From contig NW_027266341.1 in the NCBI RefSeq assembly GCF_022045235.1, positions 7,626,001 through 7,690,000 of the forward strand: a stretch of 64,000 nucleotides of DNA, in the 5' to 3' direction. The notes beneath the pieces were generated by a model. That model made no database searches. It had not been told where the DNA came from and worked only from the letters and a program-made list of their open reading frames with translations. Shown here in pieces: positions 50,401 to 62,400 of this stretch (position 1 is the stretch's first letter; each line of letters opens with the position of its first letter). The translations under genes and the position numbers were made by a program. The stretch is from Haliotis cracherodii. Lineage: Eukaryota.

Positions 50401-53400
50401 TCCTGGGAAGACATAATCAGTGGAATCCAGGCCAGACTCACAGCAACAAGCACCAAAATAAATGCCCTGCAATAGTGAAGATGTTGTAAGTGAGTAAGTG
50501 AAGTGAGTTGGGTTTTACGCCTTTCTAAGAAATAATGACTTCAAATCCACAATCATGCATTGCAGCTAAGGTGACAACCGACTTGTGTACAGATGCGTTG
50601 TTCTCGTTACCCAACACCTTTGGTGAGCTGTATGCTCACACAGGTGCAATAGGTCATGCTCAACAGGTCAACTCATGCTTGCCATGAAAGGCGATTATGA
50701 TTGTCGTAAGAGGCGACCAACGGGGTCGGGTGGTCAGGCTCGTTGACTCGGCGTATGCATGTCATCGTATCCCAGTTGAGTGGATCGATCACGGGATTCT
50801 CTGGTCCAGACTCGATTATTCACAGACCGCCGTCATAGAGCTGGAATATTGTTGAGTGCGGCGTTAAACAACAAGCAGTGAAAGTGAAATTAGAATTTGT
50901 GAAATCAATTATGTGATATGACTAATTATTTACCGATTTCAAAATAAAATTTTCTTGATCTCTATTAATCATTTATTACAATGGTACACTGTATTTTGAT
51001 ATTGTTATCTTAAGATCATCTTCTCGAGGCAAGGGGGTTAACTGACTGTAAAAGTCCAGTTTCCACCCTTGTCGAACTAGGCTGGAATTTCTGGGCTCGA
51101 CCGTAGCGCCAACAGTGTATATTACCGAGTCAAGTCCCTTCTATTGACCAATCAGATTCCACCTCTCATATCACTTTCATTTGCTTCAAATAAAATGGCG
51201 GCGCCCAGTCAAGACGATCTGATCGATAATCAAGATATTTATTGTAATAAAATGGGTCTTATTTCGCAGAGTGCATCATATCACGTGAGCACCTTGATTT
51301 CGTTACGCGATTTTGACTGGACTATGCATAGACTCGTTAGTCCTGCCAAACTATAACTTCAATTTCAGCCTAGTTCGGCAAGGGTGGAAACTGGACTTTT
51401 AAAGACAGTTAACTCCCTTGCCTCGGGAAGATGTCTAAAGACATACAGGAAGGTGCAAAGATATATCATATAAAACAACGTCCATTCACTGGTCGGTAAG
51501 TCGAATATTAATTTAAATTTTATTTTTCATTTCCCAACCACAATTTACCTCAATTCTCAGTAAAACAAAATGAAAACAATAGAAGGAAATGGAGATAATA
51601 TTTATGAGGCATCTAAGAAATGAATCATTTTTCTCAAGGTACGATCAGGAACGGCATTGCTGCTCGTCCGGGATATGTAAAAAGTACAACTGCGTTGTGG
51701 AAAAGTGCTGAAGAAATACGGAACAGAAACCACATCTAGCAGGTAGAAAAATATTAAAATGCAAAAAGAAAAGTCAGCGTTGGGCCGATGGCCTACGATC
51801 CATCAATGGAAACACGAGATCTTTCCACATGACTTTGGGTCGGTTGGGTAGCCTTGTAGTTAAAGCGTTCGCTCGTCACGCCAAAGACCCGGGTTCGATT
51901 CCCGACATGGGTACAATGTATGAAGCCCATTTCTGGTGTCCCTCGCCGTGATATTGCTGGAATATTGCTAAAAGCGGCGTAAAAGCAAACTCACTCACTC
52001 ACTCTACATGGCCTTACCTGCCGACGATGAGAAGCTCCCGTTCTGTAGCGGCTGGCCTCGCTTTTCTCCATAGATCCATGGTGAACACTGTGCCTGCGCT
52101 GTTGAACACCGACGTCAGCGAACTCATCAACGCCGCTAACATCACCGCCATCATCAAGCCACGGAGTCCTGCAGTAAACACACCCTTTTTAAACCATCTA
52201 CTTTTACAGTTATAAACGGTAGTGCCATGCTGATTGGCTCTAGGGGTGGCCTATCCCAAAAGTCAAACTTACTCAAATCATACTGTAAATTTGAGATATT
52301 ACTTGTTACAATGAAAGGTTGACGAAGACGAATCGTGCAAGTGCAGAAATAGTTACACTATTCGGTTGATTAGGACAACCGTACTATTTTCTGAATATTT
52401 TTGTAATATATCTGTATATTCAGTAAATATATATCGAAGATCAAAGAAGGTGAAGCCCTGGAAATAAATACCCTCCGTCTTTAGTTGGAAAGAATACGAA
52501 ACAACAACGTTACCTGTTTATCATCAGCTTTTTTGGCTGAAACATAACTGATAGAACTTACGTGGTTAGATCCTGTAGAGGTAAGCATGTTTGCCAAAAG
52601 ATAACCCGCACTCTCTGTGAAATATTGATTTTTACCCATCCAGTATTCAGGAATACTGAATAAGGGGCCAACCGTTGGATATTCTTATAAAAAATAAACA
52701 AAAATATTGATAATACACTGAACATGCTGGATGTTAAAAGATATGGCGTTCTGGCTCCTTCTTCAAAGAAAATTGAATGTATTGAAACACTGACATATTC
52801 TTTCAAAGGTCGAAGCCCCAATCTCCACAAGAATATGGCCGGTGCCTAAACTGTCTGGGAAGCTCACCAATGGGTGCCAGGGTGAGGATGAGCTTGGGGT
52901 AGGCGATGTTGGAGCATCCCGCCTCGTTGCCACACACCTCTAAACACGTGGCGGGGTCCGAGCAGGCCACTTCAGCTGAAAGCGTCAAATCATAGAAAGT
53001 GAGTGAGTGAGTGAGTGAGTGAGTGAGTATGGTTTTACGCCGCTTTTAGCAATATTCCAGCAATATCACGGCGGGGGACACCAGAAATGGGCTTCACAAT
53101 CGAACCCGGGTCTTCGGCGTGACGAGCGAACGCTTTAACCACTAGGCTACCCGACCGCCCCAAATCATAGAAAGAGTTATACTTAAACGAATGTTTTATT
53201 GCATCAATAATAGTACATGGCGTTGTAGGTCACATTACTGTCAATCAGCGTAAGACAAACCGCGGTTTATAATGTCTTTTATACCCGGTCTGTCACGGCT
53301 TAGAGTGCTATGATCCCATACCATGCACCAAGACGTGTGCAAGACGTCTGAATTGTGTATTTGTACTGAACTGTCTAAACCATCAGCTCTATGCTCCTAA

Positions 53401-56400
53401 CGATACCGACCTCTCTTCGGGCTGATCGCGAATCTCTGTGCGCTGTAAGCGGTATTAACGACCTATTCTGAAGCACCTACACCTACCTATACTAGCTTCT
53501 GATTGGTTAAGGAGCAGGCAATTCTTTTCTATGTAACTCGCTCATGTACCCAGCTCATATATCCGGCTGAGAATACAATCGAAACACACCTTAGGTAACT
53601 TGATTATCTCGCTGAAAAGAAACGATGATTATCCGAATGCATTGAGTAAAGGGAAGTAATTCAATTTGCGTCGTCTGGTAGCTGTCAAAATGGCTGAATC
53701 AAAGCGTTTTTCTCGGTGAAATTTCGGACATGTATTCTGTTTCTGGAAGAATGAATGTCGGTGAGGTACTTATGATCCATTGGGGCATATATTGTGATGT
53801 ACCTAGTGTGTGAGCCTGACCGCTCGGGGTACATAGGCTCACCCACAGGATACACCACACTATATAGCCGTCGAAATCGGTTGACAACTTATATTGTACC
53901 CAAGTGGGGAATCGAACCGTGCTTTTCGGCGTGACGCATGAACGCTTTAACAGCTACCCGACCGCCCCTGTTGCAGAGGACTACCTGACTGAATATGGTT
54001 TTACGCCGCTTTTAGCAATATTCCAGCAATATCACGGCGGGGGACACCAGAAATGGGCTTGGCACATGGTACCCATGTCGGAATCGAACCCGGGTCTTCG
54101 GCGTGACGAGCGAACGCTTTAACCACAAGGCTACCCAACCGCCCCTGTAGCGGAGGAGGAGAACACGGACGCTTACATGTATAGAGGACCCTGCTGATCA
54201 TGCCAGGGAGGATGATCAGGAACAGTGGTAGGATCTTGAGGTACCCAGCCAACACTGTGGCGCCCTTGGCGTGAGCCATATTTTTGGCAGCAAGGGCTCT
54301 CTGGACTAAAACCTGAAAAAGATAACAGCTTAATAAANNNNNNNNNNNNNNNNNNNNNNNNNNNNNNNNNNNNNNNNNNNNNNNNNNNNNNNNNNNNNNN
54401 NNNNNNNNNNNNNNNNNNNNNNNNNNNNNNNNNNNNNNNNNNNNNNNNNNNNNNNNNNNNNNNNNNNNNNNNNNNNNNNNNNNNNNNNNNNNNNNNNNNN
54501 NNNACACATTTGTGCTGAATCTCGCCACAAAATGGATGTTTATATGTATATGTCTTTCATTCACAAGTATGTTTTTGCCAACAACATTTTCAGGATTGCA
54601 GAAACAATATAGTGTTCATAATATAATGCATATAAGCATGATATAAGAATACAAACATGTATTAATTCAAAGGCAGACAACTATATATGTAAGGAGGTGA
54701 AATTCTCACCTGGTCAGCACACCACGCCCACAGCGACGCCACAGTGGACCTGATGATGATCCCTGGCCAGGGCAGGTCGGCGGTGACGGGATCGCGGAAG
54801 ATGTGAAAGGCGTCATGGCGAGGCATCCCGCATGTGTTGTTCCTCGTCACATTGGTCTCAGGTATGGCAAAGAAGTATTTGGTGTAGAGTCCGTCCATCC
54901 CTCCCACTTGGACGAAAGCTGAAATTCAGTATTTTGAACAGGATGTAAGAATGCCTACGACAATGTTCAGAGCCTACACAAACGTGTGGAACAAACAGTG
55001 ACGTTGTTTAACGCCGCACTCTGCAATATTGAAGCAATATGAAAATATATCTGTTAATAATCGAGTCTGGACCAGACAAACCATTGACTGACACCATGAG
55101 CATCGATCCACGCAATTGCGATACGATGACATGCATCAACAAAGTCAGCAAGCCTGACCACCCGATCCCGTTAGCCACCACCTACTACAAGCATAGTTGC
55201 CTTTTACGGCAAGCGTGGGTTGCTGAAGACCTATTTACCCCGGATCTTCACGGGTCTAACCAAACAAGTATAAACAAGACATATATAAAGCGATGATTAG
55301 GATGAGGGATATTATAAATGGTTAAAGCTGAATGGCCAACACAATGGGTTTAATGGTATTAAATAAATAATGGCATATCAACTATCAACATTAAATACAA
55401 CATCAACAGTGAATGTATGTTGACAACGGCTCTTCTATATCCACTTGTATGATATAGATATTCTTTGTTATATTATTTTTATATTTATTGTTCTGTTTTT
55501 AAGTCACCTACATACATACAGTGAGAGTCTAACCCCGTTATCGCGAACCTATTCTCAGGTCCCGGTAGCCCCACAATATAAATACATCACATTTGCTCGC
55601 TTACATCGAATTCGAGATACCAATTCATAGGTAAACTCGAATATTGGATTTTGTACCTTCATCTCGAAATTGGCATTTGCCACATTAACAGAGAAGCACC
55701 ATGAGAGAATCATCTCACGCAGCGCTGAGCAATTCTAGAAACATCTTGCACCTTTCTTCACACATCTTACATCGCTGTAAAAAAGTACAGTGCAATTTGA
55801 ACCAATTGTTCCAAAACATGCTGATCAAAGTCGGATCAAGTCTCGTGACACATGACACATGCCTTTCTATGGTGGCCGTGATAAAGTTATACCACGAGAC
55901 GAGAAAGCTATAACACCATACGAGAAAGATATCACACAGCCATAACACGAGACGAAAAAGTTATAACTTGAGACGAGAAAGCTATAACAAACCTATAACA
56001 GGAGACGAGAAAGCTATAACACGATACGAGAAAGATATAACAAAGCTATAACATGAGACGAGAAAGCTATAACACGAGACGAGAAAGCTATAACACGATA
56101 CGAGAAAGATATAACAAAGCTATAACATGAGACGAGAAAGCTATAACACGATACGAGAAAGATGTAACAAAGCCATAACATGAGACGAGAAAGCTATAAC
56201 TCGAGACAAGAAAGCTATAACATGAGACGAGAAAGCTATAACAAAGTTATAACACCAGACGAAAAAGCGGTGTCGCGTTCTCGTCTCGTGCTATCGCCTT
56301 TATGTCTGCTCTTATCGCTTTCCGGTCTCGTGTTATCTCTTTCCCGTGGCAGTTACTGAAGTCCCGGATAGCTGCACAGTTGAGCAGAACACTCACCCAT

Positions 56401-59400
56401 GATCGCCAGTGTCACGGCTCCCACAAGCATCACGATAGTCTGAAGGGTGTCCGTGAACACGACCGCTGCAAGACCCCCTGAAACACATTGTTAACATATT
56501 GGATGGTGGTATTCATGCATAACCATTCAGACATTATCAAGTTGTTATCCAAGGTGTTATAGTAATAATTATAAGTTTGCGTATCATAACACGTGCCCTA
56601 AACTTCGGATGAATCAAGTAAAAAAGGCAAATGACATTCTCTGTTTTCCCTACCAACAAAAAAATAAAAATAATTCCCAAAACATTCTCACAGGAAAAAC
56701 ATCCGCCCCTATAAAAGCCAACCTACATGCAGAGAACTGCTTTTGAACTATTTGCTTCGTTATAAGCGATGTTTGCAACGTCGAACTTAATTTATCCAAA
56801 TTTTACTACAAAGAAACAACGAATCTATTTCAGAAGCGAATGAAAAAGTGGTGTGCTGCAAACAGCGATTAATATGTGATATTTTTCTGGTGCTTCAACG
56901 ACTACTGAAGATGTTGACTGAGACAGTATGGTTGTACGCCGTTTTAACAGCATTTCAGGGGTGTCAGGGTAGGGAGTTGGGTGGGGGCACCAGAAAAAGG
57001 CTCCACACATTGCACTAATGTGAGGAATCGAACCCGGGTCTTCCGCGTAACTAGACAAACGCTTTCACCATTTAACCACACTGCTTCCCCGCTGCCCTAC
57101 TACCGAACGTGATCAATAGACACGTTGTATAAACTGCTATAACGCACCAGCAGTCTCAACAACATCATCAACGTAGCAGCATCCGAATCATATAGGGGTT
57201 ATGGGTATGTTCTGAGCCTCACATAGAAATAATTAACCTAAATACATTAAAATGATTTATTTTTCACCATCACCCACTTCTACACTGATACACTATTGCC
57301 AACGATGTTGGGACCATTTTTATACCAGCTTCGTAGAAGTCCTTCTTTTGGCAGTCCAAGAAGTTCTCCACAGTTGCTAAGATATCATCGTTCGTGTCGA
57401 AATGGATTCTGGCTAAAGCGTTCTTCATGCTTGGGAACAGATGCAATTTTTGCGTAGCTTGATCAAGCAATGAAGGTGGGTGCTGAAGGGGTCCAAATCC
57501 ACACTCGAATACTGACTCATTGCCCTGATGGAAGAGCACACCTTTTCTCAGCTTCATCTTATTTTATTCACGTAGTTACCTAAAGAATGCAGGGGAAGAC
57601 GCATGTTTGTTTGGCCTCTTGGAAGAGAGTCCAACGTGATGACATCATCGACATCATCCCAGAACATGGATGCCAGTCAAGCTTTTGGGACTGCCTTTGT
57701 CTTCTTGGTGGTGGTGATGTTAAATGCTTCCATTGTCTTGATTGTTGTTTGTACTCAGCTGTCATCCTTATTCACAAACCGATGCAAGAACCTTTCTGTT
57801 TCAGCTCCAGACAGAGCTAGATTATCCTGGTGTGTTTTTATCAGATGTCCGAAGCTTTGAAGGTGAGGTGAGTTGAGGGGAGGTGAGGTGAGGTGAAATG
57901 GGGTTGAACATCGCGTTCCAGATTATTGCACTTGTAAAGTGCATTTACGGATGTGTGTGTCTGATTGTACATGTCTGGAACAGCCCATTGATCATGAGGT
58001 ACCTTATCGCAGTTTAACATGAATACTGACTCCGAGCCGACCACTCCTTGTTTTAGTTCCCTAATGCCAAGCGCCAGACAGTGTAGCAACAAGTACCATC
58101 TTTTAACGCCTTTTGGTATGAAGCGACCGGGGATCGAAGCCCCGACCTTCCGCTCTCCATGCGGACGCTCTACAACTGGATCACGGAGGTGTCCAGAAGC
58201 TTTGGAACCCAACGAGTTTCTTCACCGTCAACGTTTCTGTGATAACGGAATGTACTCTCTCCGGGTCATTACGCCGGTCGATCCTTACCATAGCATGGAT
58301 TATCTGGATCATTCCTGGTGTTGCTGACGTGGAGGCCGCCCAGGACGGGGTCGTCTTCATGGCTCTCCCTGACACACTTAAACTCTACTGCCCATCTACG
58401 GTGGCATAGGAAGTCCTTCCCAAATGTTTTACGCATATCTTCAGGGATGGTTATTGGTGTTTAGCCCCTTTGATGCAAATTCCTTATTTTATTGCATTTA
58501 TCATAGGCCTCAATAGGTCTCAAACCTATTTAAGCTGACGCAGAGAAACAATGATTCCGCAAATGACTCAAGTTTTTTTCTGCCCATTCCTCTATGGAAT
58601 CGTGTGATGTCCACAGCAATACATTTCATTATTGCTCAATTCCTTCTACATGTATGTGAGTCTCAGAACCTATCAACTTAAAAAACAAGCAACGGACCGC
58701 CCTGTGGACAAGCAGTCACGCAGTCTCAATACATATTTACAGGGACAGGTCCTACCAGGAGTATCTACGCTGTCAGATAAGTCACAGTTGTAATTCTCTT
58801 TATCCAGAAGTGACATACCTTTTCTTACAATATAGAGCAAGCATAGCCATTTCAAATCACATTTATGCTAAGGAGTAAACTACTTTTAACGCGTCTTGTG
58901 ACGTGATACTATGACGTCTCACTGATTAAATGAATGAGGTCACCCACTGATAAACCAATAGACGGACGCATTCTTTATCACAGTTAGCGAAGTTAAGTTG
59001 TTTTGATTAATCCCACTCAAATATTGATCTCGTACAATACAATCCTACAATGTTCAATACTGTTTAATTAAAAGACTCATTGAATTTTCCCCTGTTAAGC
59101 ATAGATTTACTAATTGTTCCGTGAACAGCATACCGACAACTGTGTAGAGAGCGGTCACGGCCAGCAGTGGTACAATGGACAGATAGATGTTCCATCCTGC
59201 TGCTTGTTGAATGAATACAGCCCCGGCGTAGATGTCTACCTGTAGACAGAGGCATAGCGTGAAACGTCATCGTCCTATCATGTCATAATGACGTTGTACC
59301 AAGGGGAGCAGAATATTTAATTCATTATTTTATAATGTTAAAACCTTAATCATCATAGTAGACCTACCTGATAAAATGTCGTCTTTAGCTTTATAACAAG

Positions 59401-62400
59401 GGTAGAAAAAATTGATTTGAACATCTTTGTCCCCTAAAAAAATTGTCAAGTCTTCTTACGATCGACCGACTGTCCAATTTTGTACACCTGTCTACCATCT
59501 GTCTTCCTATTTAGCCTACCTGTCTACCGATAAGCCGTCCTTCTATCTCTATTCCTATTTAATCTACCATCCACAAAGCCGTCTTCCTATTTAGTCAATC
59601 CGTCTATCGATCTACCGTCCAGCAATATGTCTGCCTATTTAGTCCACCTGTCTATCGATCTACCTTCCCTCCATCTGTCTTCCTATTTAGTCCATCTGTC
59701 TATCGATCTACCGTCCATCAATCTGTCTTCCTATTTAGTCCATCTGTCTATCGATCTACCGTCCATCCATCTGTCTTCCTATTTAGTCCATCTGTCTATC
59801 GATCTACCGTCCATCCATCTGTCTTCCTATTTAGTCCACCTGTCTATCGATCTACCGTCCATCAACCTGTCTTCCTATTTAGTCCATCTGTCTATCGATC
59901 TACCGTCCATCCATCTGTCTTCCTATTTAGTCCATCTGTCTATCGATCTACCGTCCATCCATCTGTCTTCCTATTTAGTCCACCTGTCTATCGATCTACC
60001 TTCCCTCCATCTGTCTTCCTATTTAGTCCATCTGTCTATCGATCTACCGTCCATCAACCTGTCTTCCTATTTATTCCATCTGTCTATCGATCTACCGTCC
60101 ATCCATCTGTCTTCCTATTTAGTCCATCTGTCTACCGATCTACCATCCCTCCATCTGTCTTAATATTTAGTCCATCCGTCTATTGATCTACCATCCACAC
60201 GCCAGTCTTCCTATTAGTCAATCTGTCTACCATCTGGCTTCCTATTTAGTCCAACTGTCTACCACCTGTCTTCCTATTTCGTTCATCTGTCTATCAATCT
60301 ACCGTCCATCCACCTGTGCTTACAGATTAAAAAGAAAATGGCCTCATCATCAGCTCAGAGACCTTGCCCCGTCTACGCTTCTGGTGAATGTGAAGACTCT
60401 CAAACACTGCAGCCATCTGCATTACACAGATTGTCAGAAAGGCTGTATTCCTGGCAGCAAACCCGGGTACTCTCCCAATGTCAGTCAACAGAGGTACCAC
60501 ACTTGAGGCACTAAGAACAATGGGGAGTCGGACATCCTGGTACTTCGGATGCAAGCATGATATTTCGTAAGCAAGGTCCGCACATTTGCCATGTTTTTCC
60601 TGAATCTTGTAAATCACATAAGTGTCAAAAGGGACAGAAAATTCAATGATCTAAATGGAGAAGATCAGGTTTGTTGGCCTAGATAGCTCTAAGGCTTGGG
60701 CGGGCCTATTCCAAAGAATTATGTATTTATCATTTTCTATGACACCCTTAACATATTCTGGTTCGTACCATGGATGGACCTCTGTGTCAAAACCACAAGC
60801 ATGGCGAAGATGGTAATAAAGGGATCGAGCCTCTCCATCATGTCGCTTTAGATACTGTGTCTGTGCCAGAGCTGGGCATCCAGTGACAATGTGTTGGATA
60901 GGTCCCATTAAATTCATTTCATAATCTACATTTCATAGTATTTCACACATTGACGGTTTCGAGTGAAAACTGACTGATCCTGAGCAGCAAACAGAAAGCC
61001 TTCTGTATATCTTTTCAGGTCAGCCGACTTCATCGATGCAATGGACTCTGCGGGGTTACTGATCCTCTCAACACACTACACGTAAACTCGATGCAGCGGT
61101 CGTTCAGAAAAACTGAAGTCCGTGACGATTTGATATGGTACTTCGTTTGGTTGACACTCTTTTCTGCACCGTCCAGCAGTACAAAACCATCAACAAAATC
61201 CACACTGACCTTGGCTCGTTTTAGAAAACTGTGGAATGCCTTGTTTTCATCATGAGTCTTGACATGCTTCACAAGAGGATCATCAGACAAATAAATGTGT
61301 GCAAAAGTGCATAATACAATTCTATCATGAAGAGTCTCCAAGTTAATCAAACCACGTCCTCCCATCATAACTGGGAAATATAAGCGATTGAGGGAAGAGC
61401 GAGGGTGATGGGATCTATTGTCTGACATGATTCTTCGTGTGAGGGTGTCAATGCCCTGAATTTCTTGTTTCGTCCAATCAGCAACACCATAAGAATACGA
61501 AAGGACGGCTACAGCATAAATATTTGTGGTTCTGACTTTATTGTTCTTAACTCAGATTTTCTTAAGTCTACATTTGTATTCTGCCCGAAGTTTGTCTTTG
61601 ATATGGGCATTATCGAGTTTGTCTCTAACCTGCATTCTTAAGTACCTATGTCAAACAAATTAACATCATCCTTTCTACTTATCTCGTTGATGCATTGTCT
61701 ATAAATTAATAATCCCAATGCCACTGTGCCCTGATTGTATGCCACTGTTGTTCACTAGGTGCTGTCTCTGTTAACGTTGGAAGCACAGCACTGACAAGGC
61801 AATTAACGTTTCTCTGGAGTTGACCCCTATCACACACACATTGTACGTGACCTCCTTGTCATTGCTCTCAACACAGGTACTCGTCTGTTATACAACCTAC
61901 ATAATGCCCGACCTAGAGTAGGCCACGACCATAGAAAAGCAGGCCACTTCAGCACAACGTATCTGATCATCATGCTTATCGGTCAACACTGCCGAATAAT
62001 ATAAATAATTGTTTTTCGCACAAATTGCACATACTGTTTTTGTGAGTCATCGTTTCCCGTCTACGTGACCATATGTCTCCTTGTTTTTAACACCTCGTAT
62101 CATCACTATTTGATAGTGATTCATAAACACATGCTCATTGGCAGATATTTGTATGACTATGGAAAGGACTTGTCGCTCTTGTTATTAATATACTGTTTTT
62201 TGTAGTGTATCTTGCTCAGACTTCATTATTAACAGGCCGCTGTTATACACGTATTACTTGAATATTGATGCGTGACGCGTTAATAGAGCACAACAGCCTG
62301 TTGTCGTCGTTGTATTCACAGCAAATGAGTACCGGTATACAATATTGGTATAGCTAAGTTAGTTTGTCTTAAAAGATATCCCGAAGAAGAAAGAAATGCA

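Noticed and set aside
59627-60163. 178-aa ORF ([16 protein letters not shown])n
   Set aside because: Translation artefact of the 48-bp minisatellite, antisense in an SLC5A intron.
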